Source: Eledone cirrhosa (Eukaryota). Taken from it: 64,000 bases of DNA. This document shows positions 25,072 through 37,900 of the stretch, in pieces (the first letter of the stretch is position 1; every line of letters begins with the position of its first letter). The stretch spans positions 87,110,001-87,174,000 of the forward strand of contig OZ024741.1 of assembly GCA_964016885.1 (NCBI GenBank), given 5' to 3'. A model generated the notes under the pieces. That model made no database searches, was not told the DNA's origin, and saw nothing but the letters and a program-made list of their open reading frames with translations. The translations under genes were made by a program, and so were the position numbers.

Positions 25072-28000
25072 TTACAGATATATACTCAGAGTCGGCCCAT
25101 TCACTCGGGCCATTCTTGCTTCTCTCACCCATCTTTCAACAAAATGCTGGGAAGAGAGCACTTCCTTCTCTACTCTGATTTTCCTTTTCAAATGAAATTT
25201 GAAAAAGTCAATCAGAGCATCACCGAAGAGGTAAGTGCTCGTCTTCAGCCCTTTCAAACGTGTCCACCATACTATCTCTTTCGCCATGGCCACCAGACAG
25301 ATAAAAACTGCCTGCCCTTCCCGGCTAAAGGAGGAGGGCGGGGCAATCCTCACGATAGACTCAGATGATAGCTGGATCCGTCCCAAACGCGACAGCAGGT
25401 GTTCGACATAAACCCACAAGTCAGCAATTTTCGGACACTGGACGAGTGCGTGCAGGACGGTTTCGTCGCCCTGCGCGCATCTCGGACATGCCCGGCTGAC
25501 GGCACCTCCATGCCTGTAGAGTTTATCCCGAACTGGCAAGGCTCCTCGGTAGCACTGCCAGGCCAGAGATTTCTGGAAGTTGTCCATAGGCCCCGGCCCG
25601 AAAGTTCTTCCGAAGAGATTGGCTAGTTGATTTTCGTCGACGCCTAGAGTTTCCCCAAGTACGTCGTCGCTCTTCCCCTCCACTAATCCTCTATAGAACG
25701 CCGAGGTGGAGTTTCCACCGATCACATTGCCCGATTGGTCGAGGGCTGTGAGCGCCTGAAGACATTCCAGTCTCCAGGCGCTCCCTCTCGGTCTTCGCTT
25801 GACCCAGGACTGCAGCTCCGTCAAGGAAACGAGCTGGGGAAAAACGCGTCTAGCAAACGGCGACCACACCTGATCACCGTCGAGGAAGAGGTGGAGATGT
25901 CGTAGCCTGAGCGCGTGCCTGCGCATCATCAGCCACGGCATGCCCAGCCCTCCACGTAGCGGGTGTTGACAACAGATGGACCGCCTGACCATCGGAGCAC
26001 GTCCCTTCCACAAAAAGCGAAAGAGCAAACGCTCCAGCGCAGTCAGGCGAGGCTTAGGACAAGGTACGACGGTTAGGCGGTAGCAGATGACAGACGCGAT
26101 GTACGCGTTAGCCACCTCCGCTCGACCTTTCAGGGATAGCTTCCTCTCCGCCCATTTCTGGGTGAGAGAAGCCACCCTGCTCGTCACCTCGTCCCAGTTT
26201 TTGTCCGTCTGGAGGTCCGGACCGAACCAGACCCCTAGCAATTTAACCGGTCCGTCCGTCCAGCGCCCGACGACGCTGTTGGACGGCATGGACCTGCCTC
26301 TCCAGGTGCCGAGCTGCAGGCCCACTGACTTTTCCTGGTTGATCATTGCTCCTGTCACCGCTTCGTATTCTCTTAGTGTAGTGCCGATCGCCTCGATGTG
26401 TTTGGCGTTCGACACCACTACGGTGATATCGTCCGCATATGCTGACACGGATCTTCCGCATCCTAGTTCGCGCGGGACTCCCCTCAACGTCTCCAGTTTG
26501 TGCAGTAATGGCTCGAGAGTCAATACGTACAAGAGGGACGAGAGGGGACATCCTTGGCGGACCGAGCGCATGATGTTGAACGGTTCCGACAGGTGACCGT
26601 TCACTCTCACCACAGAGCAGATGTCGCTGTGCATGGCAGCGATCCAGCCTCTGAAGACGGGCCCAAAGCCAGCCGCCCTCAGGACTGCCGCTAGGTAACG
26701 ATGGTCGACCCTATCGAAAGCTTTCGACTGATCTAAATTGATCAAGGACCCACCCGTGCCAGGTTCCCTAGCTACCCTCTCTACGATGTATCGCATGAGG
26801 TGGAGGTTGTCGTGGATGGATCTGTCGGGAATGGCGCATGTCTGCGCCTCTCCCACCAGACCACCAACGACAAGCGCCAACCTCTTTGCTAGCACCTTGG
26901 CCAAAATCTTAAACTCTGTGTTTAGCAGAGTTATGGGCCGGAAATTGTCTATGTTATCCCCCTTGTTCGGATCCTTTCTCAGCAGTGCCACCGCTCCTCG
27001 GCTCACAGAACTGGGAATTCTCCCGTTCTGTTGCCAGTTGCAGTAGACGTCCGCCAAGAGGCCTCCGAACAAGTCTGGCATCTGTACGTAAAGTTCATAG
27101 GGCAGACCATCCAAACCAGGCGATTTACCCCTTGTGCAGCCAGTCATTGCCTCCCGTACTTCAGCGGCTGTTATCGGCTTTTCGCAACACTTCGCCTCAG
27201 TGGCCGAGAGCCGCGGCAGTCCGTCGAGGTAGACACTAAAGTCCATCCCTCTACCCGGCCCACCGCTGCCCCCGAACAGCTGAGCGAAGTGTCGCTGAAA
27301 AGCTTCACACATTTGCCCGGGATCGAGTAGCATGCGCCCGTCGTGGTCCACCAAAGACCGGATCGTGGCTTTGTTGCCACGACGCGCCTCCGCCACTCGG
27401 GCCCATTGCACGGCTTTCGTCCCCTCGTGTCTGAGAGCACGCACCCTTGCTCTGACAACGCAGCCTTCGTGCTTTGCATTGAAGAATTGGTCAAGGGCCA
27501 ATTTCGCCGCAAGCACGTCGGTCGCAATGCCTTTGCTAAGCGCCTCGTCTAATTTTCTAACTAGTTCTCCCTCTGCTCTATTTTTCTCTATTGCTAAAGC
27601 CTTACTAAACCTAATCGATTCTATTCTAATCGCTCTTTTCAGAGCAAACCACCACTTGTTGTTGACGATGGCCCCCGTCAATGCCCGCTTAACTAGTTCG
27701 CTAATCCGGTCTCTGTAGGCCTTGCGCGCTGGTAAGGACGCGTTTAGCTTCCAGTAGCCGGGTCCTCGTCTATGAAGCCTATCTAAGTCAAGCACACAGA
27801 TCACGAATTTGTGGTCCGTGTAGCTGACTATCTTGAATTGTGGACAGCCTATGCTAGACCTATCTATTTCCCTACAAAATACTCTATCTAGATATGATCT
27901 GGATGACCCTATGCGGTTTGTCCAAGTCCACATTGGCACATTCGGGAAATCCAATCGGTACCTGTCAGACAGTTCAAAACGCCTGAGCAGGTTGGTGAGG

Positions 28001-28491
28001 CTCTTGCACCCTCCACCCCTATCCGCTAATCCCACACAGTCCCAGCGTGCATCTAAGATCCCGTTCCAGTCGCCCACTAACACTAAAGAGCGGGACGTTC
28101 CAAGAAAGGTCTCCAGACGCCGGAAGAAATCAGGCCGCCCTGCTCCTGTCGGGGCATAGACGGCCACTAGCCTGAAAGCTTGCCCGTCTCCGCTGGTCAC
28201 GTCCAGCACCACCAGCTTACCCTCTGGGTCCAGGAAGATGGCCCGTATGGCGAGATCCAAACCTCTCCGAAAAAGCACAGCAACTCCTCCACCCGATCCA
28301 GGACGGCTGGGAGATGCGTACACATCGTAGCCGCCGAAGATCGGTGCGAAGGCCCGTGCTTCGGAGATTCTGGTCTCGCTGATGGCCACTACATCTATGT
28401 TTAGTGACCTGAGGTCGTTGAGCAGGTGACCCTGCTTCCATGACGACCCCAAGCCACGCGCATTTATGCTGCCTATTCTGAGTGAGGTCAT
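25072..28491 (-). CDS. Tx1 ORF2: APE endonuclease + reverse transcriptase + C-terminal CCHC (1139 aa)
   Basis: SINARGL, SET, VYAP, GDWN, SYLDR, TDHK; KSPGLDG, FRPITLLN, DQSKAFD, RQGCPLS, AYADD; CPRC..ETVLHALVQC. Confidence 0.93.
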   Translation of the reverse strand: MTSLRIGSINARGLGSSWKQGHLLNDLRSLNIDVVAISETRISEARAFAPIFGGYDVYASPSRPGSGGGVAVLFRRGLDLAIRAIFLDPEGKLVVLDVTSGDGQAFRLVAVYAPTGAGRPDFFRRLETFLGTSRSLVLVGDWNGILDARWDCVGLADRGGGCKSLTNLLRRFELSDRYRLDFPNVPMWTWTNRIGSSRSYLDRVFCREIDRSSIGCPQFKIVSYTDHKFVICVLDLDRLHRRGPGYWKLNASLPARKAYRDRISELVKRALTGAIVNNKWWFALKRAIRIESIRFSKALAIEKNRAEGELVRKLDEALSKGIATDVLAAKLALDQFFNAKHEGCVVRARVRALRHEGTKAVQWARVAEARRGNKATIRSLVDHDGRMLLDPGQMCEAFQRHFAQLFGGSGGPGRGMDFSVYLDGLPRLSATEAKCCEKPITAAEVREAMTGCTRGKSPGLDGLPYELYVQMPDLFGGLLADVYCNWQQNGRIPSSVSRGAVALLRKDPNKGDNIDNFRPITLLNTEFKILAKVLAKRLALVVGGLVGEAQTCAIPDRSIHDNLHLMRYIVERVAREPGTGGSLINLDQSKAFDRVDHRYLAAVLRAAGFGPVFRGWIAAMHSDICSVVRVNGHLSEPFNIMRSVRQGCPLSSLLYVLTLEPLLHKLETLRGVPRELGCGRSVSAYADDITVVVSNAKHIEAIGTTLREYEAVTGAMINQEKSVGLQLGTWRGRSMPSNSVVGRWTDGPVKLLGVWFGPDLQTDKNWDEVTSRVASLTQKWAERKLSLKGRAEVANAYIASVICYRLTVVPCPKPRLTALERLLFRFLWKGRAPMVRRSICCQHPLRGGLGMPWLMMRRHALRLRHLHLFLDGDQVWSPFARRVFPQLVSLTELQSWVKRRPRGSAWRLECLQALTALDQSGNVIGGNSTSAFYRGLVEGKSDDVLGETLGVDENQLANLFGRTFGPGPMDNFQKSLAWQCYRGALPVRDKLYRHGGAVSRACPRCAQGDETVLHALVQCPKIADLWVYVEHLLSRLGRIQLSSESIVRIAPPSSFSREGQAVFICLVAMAKEIVWWTRLKGLKTSTYLFGDALIDFFKFHLKRKIRVEKEVLSSQHFVERWVREARMARVNGPTLSIYL

Positions 28492-28526
28492 GTTTAAAAT
28501 AGAGTGGAAAAGATGGGAAAGACCAC

Positions 28527-30623
28527 TTACCGTACTTTTGGTAGAGGAGGGATGGTTTTTACATCCCTTTTCACTTGATCGTCTGGTGAAGGGACCGTTG
28601 AATCGTCCCTTCGGCTGGTCGTCGGCTCTTCTAAGAGAATGTCTGAGTATACTCTTCGATTGATGGTTCCTCCTAGGTCCCTGAAATCACCAACTGCGTT
28701 GGGGAATTTCGTTTTAATGTTTGTGTATTGTTTCTGTGCTATTTTTAGCAGTCTTATGTTAGTTGGCGTTTTGATTGGTGCTGGTATTATGTAGTCCTGT
28801 TGTGAAATGTCTGTGTGTTCAATTATGTAAGTCATTAGTTTCTTGTTGTGTGTATTTATTGCCGTGCATTTGTTTTTCTGGGGGTGGGGTGTGGTTCTGC
28901 TATTTTCTTGTCGTTGTTGCTGGGTGTGTGTGTTTTGTTGTTGTGTTTGCGATGTTGGTGCTTGTGGTGGTGGTGTTGAAGGTGTTGTTGGCGGTGGGGT
29001 TGTCGCCGGTGGTGATGGTGGTGCTAGTGTGGGTGGTGATGGTGTTGGTGTTGTTGCTGCTGTGGGTCTCTTTGCAGTAGACTTTACCCTTTTCTCATTT
29101 CTTTCCTCCCTTTTCAAAGGCGACGATGCGCTGCTTCTGCGTTTGTGCCTTCTTGCGACCTTTTGCCATCCCTCTCCCACCTCACACTCCATGTCTGATT
29201 CTGTGAGGTCGGGGAGGGGTATCAGCTCCACTCTTTCACTTGTTGTTGTTGGTGATGTTTGCACTGGAGTCTCTGTTGCAGCTGCATTTGGTATTGCTGT
29301 TGTTGTTGTTAATATTTCCACTGCTGCTGCTGTCTTTGATTTCCGTGGAGTGGGTATGGGTGCCACGGACCTATCGTTCCTGGTTGCCGCTTGTCCTGTT
29401 GCTGGTAGCCGTGGAGCCGGATTCGGCAGGAGGGGGGTTTTCTCCTTTCTCAGGGTCTTCTCGTTGCAGAAGGCCCTGAGGTGAGTCTTCGATCCACAGC
29501 GAAAGCATTTCGGGCGTTTGCTCTCAACACTTATGGGCAGTTGAGTGCCGTTATCGAAGTCTATCACATCCGGGATAGCTTCGATGCACTCCTGGTTGGT
29601 TTGGATTAGCATCTCAATGGAGGAGCCGACCCAATCTTCTCTTACTTTTTTCTGTACTTGCAGTACAGTTGTTTTGTCCTCGATTCCGACGAGGACAGAC
29701 GCGGCCAGCCAAGAAGGGGTCATTCCGGGGGGGACGTGGGTCAGTTTGACCCTCACAATTTTTTGCCCGCAGTAGGAGGGCACCAACACCGTTTCCTCGC
29801 TCCTTAGGGTCACTACTGATTGGGCCTTTGCCTCCTGGGGTGTGGCAAAAAGTACGTCTACGGTGGCGTATTTTTTGCCTCGGGTGATGTGCGTTTTCCT
29901 CTGCCACACAGACCCCAAGGCTTTTTGTATTTGGGCCTCTGTGGCTCTTTCCACCCTACGGGATTTTGTACTTACTGTACGGTACGTGACCGTACAGTGC
30001 TCTTGGGTTTCGAAAAAATTTTTCGCTGCCTTGCAGATTGCTCGGTGTCCGTTCTTTGTCACCATCTTCTTCGCTTCCTCTAATTCCTCATTTGTTATGA
30101 GGATTGTTTCCAGGTTTTTCGCAATACCTGCAAATGAGATTGGTTTTTCTCTGCTGTTGTTGTTGTCGTCAGAGCTGCTGGTACTTTTGTTGTTGCTGCA
30201 GGTACTACGACTACTGCCTCCGCCGCTGTTGCTGTGGTTGTTGTTGGTGTTGCTGCTGCTAATGCTGTTGTTGTTTATGCTGCTGGTGATGCTGTTGCGG
30301 CTGCTACTGTTGTTTTCATTGTCACTGTTGCTGTTGTTATTACGGCTGCTACTGCTATTATTCCTGACGTCAGACGAATGAACTGGGTTTTCGTATTTCC
30401 CGCACACCTGTTTCGTCGCTGTCGTCGTCGTCGTGGAGAAACCTTGCACGCTTTGCACGAGACTTTTCTTTTCTTTCGTCGCTTGCGAAAGAGAAGGGAG
30501 GGAGAGAGACACATTTAAAGAAGGGAGGGAGAGAGACAATCTTCTCTCTCCTGTAGTGATGATTGAGGAAGAAGAAGACGGAATGAGTGGGAGTGACGTA
30601 TGAAATTTCTTTTTGGTAGCCAT
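28527..30623 (-). CDS. Tx1 ORF1, gag-like nucleic-acid-binding protein (probable start MATKKK at 30623)
   Basis: Open frame of ~698 aa with zinc knuckle CFRCGSKTHLRAFC and S/N- and P/T-rich regions, directly upstream of ORF2. Confidence 0.85.
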   Translation of the reverse strand: MATKKKFHTSLPLIPSSSSSIITTGERRLSLSLPSLNVSLSLPSLSQATKEKKSLVQSVQGFSTTTTTATKQVCGKYENPVHSSDVRNNSSSSRNNNSNSDNENNSSSRNSITSSINNNSISSSNTNNNHSNSGGGSSRSTCSNNKSTSSSDDNNNSREKPISFAGIAKNLETILITNEELEEAKKMVTKNGHRAICKAAKNFFETQEHCTVTYRTVSTKSRRVERATEAQIQKALGSVWQRKTHITRGKKYATVDVLFATPQEAKAQSVVTLRSEETVLVPSYCGQKIVRVKLTHVPPGMTPSWLAASVLVGIEDKTTVLQVQKKVREDWVGSSIEMLIQTNQECIEAIPDVIDFDNGTQLPISVESKRPKCFRCGSKTHLRAFCNEKTLRKEKTPLLPNPAPRLPATGQAATRNDRSVAPIPTPRKSKTAAAVEILTTTTAIPNAAATETPVQTSPTTTSERVELIPLPDLTESDMECEVGEGWQKVARRHKRRSSASSPLKREERNEKRVKSTAKRPTAATTPTPSPPTLAPPSPPATTPPPTTPSTPPPQAPTSQTQQQNTHTQQQRQENSRTTPHPQKNKCTAINTHNKKLMTYIIEHTDISQQDYIIPAPIKTPTNIRLLKIAQKQYTNIKTKFPNAVGDFRDLGGTINRRVYSDILLEEPTTSRRDDSTVPSPDDQVKRDVKTIPPLPKVR

Positions 30624-30850
30624 GTTTTTGTTTAAAATGAAATTTTGGGTACAAAACCCCAATAACTGGCTATTTAACCCCGAAGGGCCAAATAACGGAC
30701 AGAAAGACCCCTCTCACGAGGAGGAGGGTGTCTTTATCAACAATTTGGTTCAAGTTTTAAACAATTTACAATTGTTTTAACGGTTAAAAATTACTATACC
30801 TTACAGAGCCGAGCCTCCGTCAACCATGGCATTCAATAATAATAATAATA

Positions 30851-31975
30851 ATTCTGAGATGGAATGTTGCTGAACAAAAAGAAATGGATAGGAAGACTAG
30901 GAAGCTATTGACTATCTACAACATGTTCCACAAGGAGTGATGTCGATAGACTCTACCTAAGGAGATCTGAAGGTGGAAGAGGTCTTATCAGCATAGAGGA
31001 CTGTGTTCAGATGGAGAAAAACAACCTATACAAATACGTGACTGATAGTAAGGAGTCAATGCTCAGAACTGTACTGAAGGAGGGGACAATAGGCCAGGGG
31101 ATGTCCAAGGAGGAAATAACATCAAGGAAAAAGAGCAGCCTTCAGGGAAAATCCCTTCATAGTACCTTCTTTGAGAAAACTGAATGTAGAGATCCACAGA
31201 CATGGAACTGGTTGAGAAGAGGAGACCTCAAAAAGGCTACAGAAGGAATGCTAATGGCTGCGCAGGAGCAGGCCCTCAAAACGAAGTGGTTGAAGCACCA
31301 TATTTACAAGGAGGAGGCTAGCCCACTGTGCAGGATCTGTGGAGAGAGAGAGGAGACTGTGGCTCACATTGTATCCGAGTGTAAACACCTAGCCCAGACC
31401 CACTATAAGGGCTGGAGACATGATGTGATGGGCAGGGTGATCCATTGGCACCTGTGCAAAGTAAACAATTTACCACATTCTGAGAAATGGTATGAGCATA
31501 GGCCAGAGGCGGTGATGGAGAACGATCAGGTGAAGGTGCTGTGGGATTTTAGGATACAGACGGACAAGAAACTGGAACACAATAGACCTGACCTGGTAGT
31601 TGTGGACAAAGAAAAAAGATCGTGTCTGATTGTGGATGTGGCCTGCCCATTCGACACGAGAGTGCAAGAGAAGGAGAGGGAGAAAATTAACCGATACCAG
31701 GACCTACAGTGGGAGGTGAAAAGGATTTGGAACTGCCATGAAGTCAAAGTGATCCCGATTGTCATAGGCGCACTAGGGACTATCTCAAAAAGTTTCCAGG
31801 GATGGTTAAAGAAAATCTGCCCCTTCACGCTTTTTGGAACGCTTCAAAAGGCATGCTTGCTGGGAACAGCAAGAACCCTCCGATACGTCCTGAATATCTG
31901 AGGCTGCAGGTAGTGGCTTGATATTCATTCCAACGGACTTTCCAGTTAACCAACATCAATGACTGAGATTCAAGG
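30851..31975 (+). mobile_element. Dong/R4 family B, 5'-truncated copy 4
   Basis: ORF 31011-31901 with CCHC and RLE, family B 3' UTR, (TAA)n flanks. Confidence 0.9.
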
Positions 31976-31999
31976 AATAACAACAATAATAATAATAAT

Positions 32000-34900
32000 G
32001 ATTTCTTTCTTAACCACAAGGGTCTACATAAAGTAGATATTAAGGACAGTACAGGACAATACAGGGCGGTACAAATGGGCATTTCTGCGTGTAAAAAACA
32101 AGAAACAGAGGATGTAATAATAGAACAATGAAAAAATTCCCCAATAGGGGGGAGACTTCCGAGGGACATTCGTGGAGAAAGCCCATTAAAAAGCCACAGT
32201 GACCCTGACCACCAGGGCAAGTGCCCTCTCCCAGTTTTCCACCTTTAATTTACAGACACATACTCAGAGTAGGGCCATTCACTCGGGCCATTCTTGCCTC
32301 TGTCACCCATCTTTCAACAAAATGCTGGGAAGAGAGCACTTCCCTTTCTACCCTGAATTTACTTTTTAAATGAAATTTGAAAAAGTTAATCAGGGCATCA
32401 CCGAAGAGGTAAGTGCTCGTCTTCAGCCCTTTCAAACATGTCCACCATACTATCTCTTTCGCCATGGCCACCAGACAGATAAAAACGGCCTGCCCTTCCC
32501 GGCTAAAGGAAGAGGGCGGGGCAATCCTCACGATGGACTCAGCTGATAGCTGGATCCGTCCTACACGCGACAGCAGGTGTTCGACATAAACCCACAAGTC
32601 AGCAATGCTCGGACACTGGACGAGTGCGTGCAGGACGGTTTCGTCGCCCTGCGCGCATCTCGGACATTCCCGGCTGACGGCACCTCCATGCCTGTAGAGT
32701 TTATCCCGAACTGGCAAAGCTCCTCGGTAGCACTGCCAAGCCAGGGATTTCTGGAAGTTATCCATAGGCCCCGGCCCGAAAGTTCTTCCGAAGAGATTGG
32801 CTAGTTGATTTTCGTCGACGCCTAGAGTTTCTCCAAGTACGTCGTCGCTCTTCCCCTCCACCAATCCTCTATAGAACGCCAAGGTGGAGTTTCCACCGAT
32901 CACATTGCCCGATTGGTCGAGGGCTGTGAGCGCCTGAAGACATTCCAGTCTCCAAGCGCACCCTCTCGGTCTTCGCTTGACCCAGGACTGCAGCTCCGTC
33001 AAGGAGACGAGCTGAGGAAGACGCGTCTAGCAAACGGAGACCACACCTGATCACCGTCGAGGAAGAGGTGGAGATGTCGTAGCCTGAGCGCGTATCTGCG
33101 CATCATCAGCCACGGCATTCCCAGCCCTCCACGTAGCGGGTGTTGACAGCAGATGGACCTCCTGACCATCGGAGCGCGTCCCTTCCACAAAAAGCGAAAG
33201 AGCAAACGCTCCAGCGCAGTCAGGCGGGTACGACGGTCAGGCGGTAGTAGATGACGGACGCGATATACGCGTTAGCCACCTCCGCTCGACCTTTCAGGGA
33301 TAGCTTCCTCTCGGCCCATTTCTGGGTGAGAGAAGCCACCCTGCTCGTCACCTCGTTCCAGTTTTTGTCCGTCTGGAGATCCGGACCGAACCATATCCCG
33401 AGCAATTTAACCGGTCCGTCCGTCCAGCGCCCGACGACGCTGTTGGACGGCATGGACCTGCCTCTCCAGGTGCCGAGCTGCAGGCCCACTGGCTTTTCCT
33501 GGTTTATCATTGCTCCTGTCACCGCTTCGTATTCTCTTAGTGTAGTGCCGATCGCCTCGATGTGTTTGGCGTTCGACACCACTACGGTGACATCGTCCGC
33601 ACATGCTGACACGGATCTTCCGCATCCTAGTTCGCGCGGGACCCCTCTCAACGTCTCCAGTTTCTGCAGTAATGGCTCGACAGTCAATACGTACAAGAAG
33701 GACGAGAGGGGACATCCTTGGCGGACAGAGCGCATGATGTTGAACGGTTCCGAAAGGTGACCGTACACTCTCACCACAGAGCAGATGTCGCTGTGCATAG
33801 CAGCGATCCAGCCTCTGAAGACGGGCCAAAGCCAGCCGCCCTCAGGACAGCCGCTAGGTAACGATGGTCGACCCTATCGAAAGCTTTCGACTGATCTAAA
33901 TTGATCAAGGACCCACCCGTGCCAGGTTCCCTAGCTACCCTCTCTACGATGTATCGCATGAGGTGGAGGTTGTTGTGGATGGATCTGTCGGGAATGGCGC
34001 ATGTCTGCGCCTCTCCCACCAGACCACCAACGACAAGCGCCAACCTCTTTGCTAGCACCTTGGCCAAAATCTTGAACTCTGTGTTTAGCAGAGTTATGGG
34101 CCTAAAATTATCTAGGTTATCCCCCTTGTTCGGATGCTTTCTCAGCAGCGCCACAGCTCCTCGGCTCACAGAGCTGGGAATTCTCCCGTTCTGTTGCCAG
34201 TTGCAGTAGACGTCCGCCAAGAGGCCTCCGAACAAGTCTGGCATCTGTACGTAAAGTTCATAGGGCAGACCATCCAAACCAGGCGATTTACCCCTTGTGC
34301 AGCTAGTCATTGCTTCCCGTACTTCAGCGGCTGTTATCGGCTTTTCGCAACACTCCGCCTCAGTGGCCGAGAGCCGCGGCAGTCCGTCGAGGTAGACACT
34401 AAAGTCCATCCCTCGATCCGGCCCGCCGCTACCCACGAACAACTGAGCGAAGTGTCGCTAAAAAGCTTCACACATTTTCCCGGATCGTGGCTTTGTTGCC
34501 ACGACGCGCCTCCACCACTCGGGCTCATTGAACGGCTTTCGTACCCTCGTGTCTGAGAGCACGCACCCTAGCTCTGACAACGCAGCCTTCGTGGTTTGCA
34601 TTGAAGAATTGGTCAAGGGCCAATTTCGCCGCAAGTACGTCGATCGCAATGCCTTTGCTAAGCGCCTCGTCTAATTTTCTAACTAATTCTCCCTCTGCTC
34701 TGTTTTTCTCTATTGCTAAAGCCTTACTAAACCTAATCGATTCTATTCTAATCGCTCTTTTCAGAGCAAACCACCACTTGTTGTTGACGATGGCCCCCGT
34801 CAACGCCCGCTTAACTAGTTCGCTAATCCGGTCTCTGTAGGCCTTGCGCGCTGGTAAGGACGCGTTTAGCTTCCAGTAGCCGGGTCCTCGTCTATGAAGC

Positions 34901-37900
34901 CTATCTAAGTCAAGCACACAGATCACGAATTTGTGGTCCGTGTAGCTGACTATCTTGAATTGTGGACAGCCTATGCTAGACCTATCTATTTCCCTACAAA
35001 ATACTCTATCTAGATATGATCTGGATGACCTATGCGGTTTGTCCAAGTCCACATTGGCACATTCGGGAAATCCAATCGGTACCTGTCAGACAGTTCAAAA
35101 CGCCTGAGCAGGTTGGTGAGGCTCTTGCACCCTCCACCCCTATCCGCTAATCCCACACAGTCCCAGCGTGCATCTAAGATCCCGTTCCAGTCGCCCACTA
35201 ACACTAAAGAGCGGGACGTTCCAAGAAAGGTCTCCAGACGCCGGAAGAAATCAGGCCGCCCTGCTCCTGTCGGGGCATAGACGGCCACTAGCCTGAAAGC
35301 TTGCCCGTCTCCGCTGGTCACGTCCAGCACCACCAGCTTACCCTCTGGGTCCAGGAAGATGGCCCGTATGGCGAGATCCAAACCTCTCCGAAAAAGCACA
35401 GCAACTCCTCCACCCGATCCAGGACGGCTGGGAGATGCGTACACATCGTAGCCGCCGAAGATCGGTGCGAAGGCCCGTGCTTCGGAGATTCTGGTCTCGC
35501 TGATGGCCACTACATCTATGTTTAGTGACCTGAGGTCGTTGAGCAGGTGACCCTGCTTCCATGACGACCCCAAGCCACGCGCATTTATGCTGCCTATTCT
35601 GAGTGAGGTCATGTTTAAAATAGAGTGGAAAAGATGGGAAAGACCACTTACCGTACTTTTGGTAGAGGAGGGATGGTTTTTACATCCCTTTTCACTTGAT
35701 CGTCTGGTGAAGGGACCGTTGAATCGTCCCTTCGGCTGGTCGTCGGCTCTTCTAAGAGAATGTCTGAATATACTCTTCGATTGATGGTTCCTCCTAGGTC
35801 CCTGAAATCACCAACTGCGTTGGGGAATTTCGTTTTAATGTTTGTGTATTGTTTCTGTGCTATTTTTAGCAGTCTTATGCTAGTTGGCGTTTTGATTGGT
35901 GCTGGTATTATGTAGTCCTGTTGTGAAATGTCTGTGTGTTCAATTATGTAAGTCATTAGTTTCTTGTTGTGTGTGTTTATTGCCGTGCATTTGTTTTTCT
36001 GGGGGTGGGGTGTGGTTCTGCTATTTTCTTGTCGTTGTTGCTGGGTGTGTGTGTTTTGTTGTTGTGTTTGCGATGTTGGTGCTTGTGGTAGTGGTGTTGA
36101 AGGTGTTGTTGGCGGTGGGGTTGTCGCCGGTTATGATGGTGGTGCTGGTGTGGGTGGTGATGGTGTTGGTGGTGTTGCTGCTGTGGGTCTCTTTGCAGTA
36201 GACTTTACCCTTTTCTCATTTCTTTCCTCCCTTTTCAAAGGCGACGATGCGCTGCTTCTCCGTTTGTGCCTTCTTGCGACCTTTTGCCATCCCTCTCCCA
36301 CCTCACACTCCATGTCTGATTCTGTGAGGTCGGGGAGGGGTACCAGCTCCACTCTTTCACTTGTTGTTGTTGGTGATGTTTGCACTGGAGTCTCTGTTGC
36401 AGCTGCATTTGGTATTGCTGTTGTTGTTGTTAATATTTCCACTGCTGCTGCTGTTTTTGATTTCCGTGGAGTGGGTATGGGTGCCACGGACCTATCGTTC
36501 CTGGTTGCCGCTTGTCCTGTTGCTGGTAGCCGTGGAGCCGGATTCGGAAGGAGGGGGGTTTTCTCCTTTCTCAGGGTCTCCTCGTTGCAGAAGGCCCTGA
36601 GGTGAGTCTTCGATCCACAGCGAAAGCATTTCGGGCGTTTGCCCTCAACACTTATGGGCAGTTGAGTGCCGTTATCGAAGTCTATCACATCCGGGATAGC
36701 TTCGATGCACTCCTGGTTGGTTTGGATTAGCATCTCAATGGAGGAGCCGACCCAATCTTCTCTTACTTTTTTCTGTACTTGCAGTACAGTTGTTTTGTCC
36801 TCGATTCCGACGAGGACAGACGCGGCCAGCCAAGAAGGGATCATTCCGGGGGGGACGTGGGTCAGTTTGACCCTCACAATTTTTTTGCCCGCAGTAGGAG
36901 GGCACCAACACCATTTCCTCGCTCCTTAGGGTCACTACTGATTGGGCCTTTGCCTCCTGGGGTGTGGCAAAAAGTACGTCTACGGTGGCATATTTTTTGC
37001 CTCGGGTGATGTGCGTTTTCCGCTGCCACACAGACCCCAAGGCTTTTTGTATTTGGGCCTCTGTGGCTCTTTCCACCCTACGGGATTTTGTACTTACTGT
37101 ACGGTACGTGACCGTACAGTGCTCTTGGGTTTCGAAAAATTTTTCCGCTGCCTTGCAGATTGCTCGGTGTCCGTTCTTTGTCACCATCTTCTTCGCTTCC
37201 TCTAATTCCTCATTTGTTATGAGGATTGTTTCCAAGTTTTTCGCAATACCTGCAAATGAGATTGGTTTTTCTCTGCTGTTGTTGTTGTCGTCAGAGCTGC
37301 TGGTACTTTTGTTGTTGCTGCAGGTACTACGACTACTGCCTCCGCCGCTGTTGCTGTGGTTGTTGTTCGTGTTGCTGCTGCTAATGCTGTTGTTGTTTAT
37401 GCTGCTGGTGATGCTGTTGCGGCTGCTACTGTTGTTTTCATTGTCACTGTTGCTGTTGTTATTACGGCTGCTACTGCTATTATTCCTGACGTCAGACGAA
37501 TGAACTGGGTTTTCGTATTTCCCGCACACCTGTTTCGTCACTGTCGTCGTCGTCGTGGAGAAACCTTGCACGCTTTGCACGAGACTTTTCTTTTCTTTCG
37601 TCACTTGCGAAAGAGAAGGGAGGGAGAGAGACACATTTAAAGAAGGGAGGGAGAGAGACAATCTTCTCTCTGCTGTAGTGATGATTGAGGAAGAAGAAGA
37701 CGGAATGAGTGGGAGTGACGTATGAAATTTCTTTTTCGTAGCCATGTTGTTTTTTGTTTAAAATGAAATTTTGGGTACAAAACCCCAATAACTGGTTATT
37801 TAACCCCGAAGGGCCAAATAACGGACAGAAAGAACCCTCTCACGAGGAGGAGGGTGTCTTTATCAACAATTTGGTTCAAGTTTTAAACAATTTACAATTG

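Larger units (their letters stand above)
24805..30834 (-). mobile_element. Full-length Tx1/L1-clade non-LTR retrotransposon, copy 1, in (AAT)n
   Basis: Two intact ORFs. AATAAA near the 3' end is followed by GAAATC and then (ATT)n. The 5' end GAATGCCATGG is identical to copy 2. Confidence 0.92.

Noticed and set aside
25399-37640. Many plus-strand ORFs overlapping the Tx1 copies
   Set aside because: Antisense shadows of GC-rich coding sequence with no motifs.
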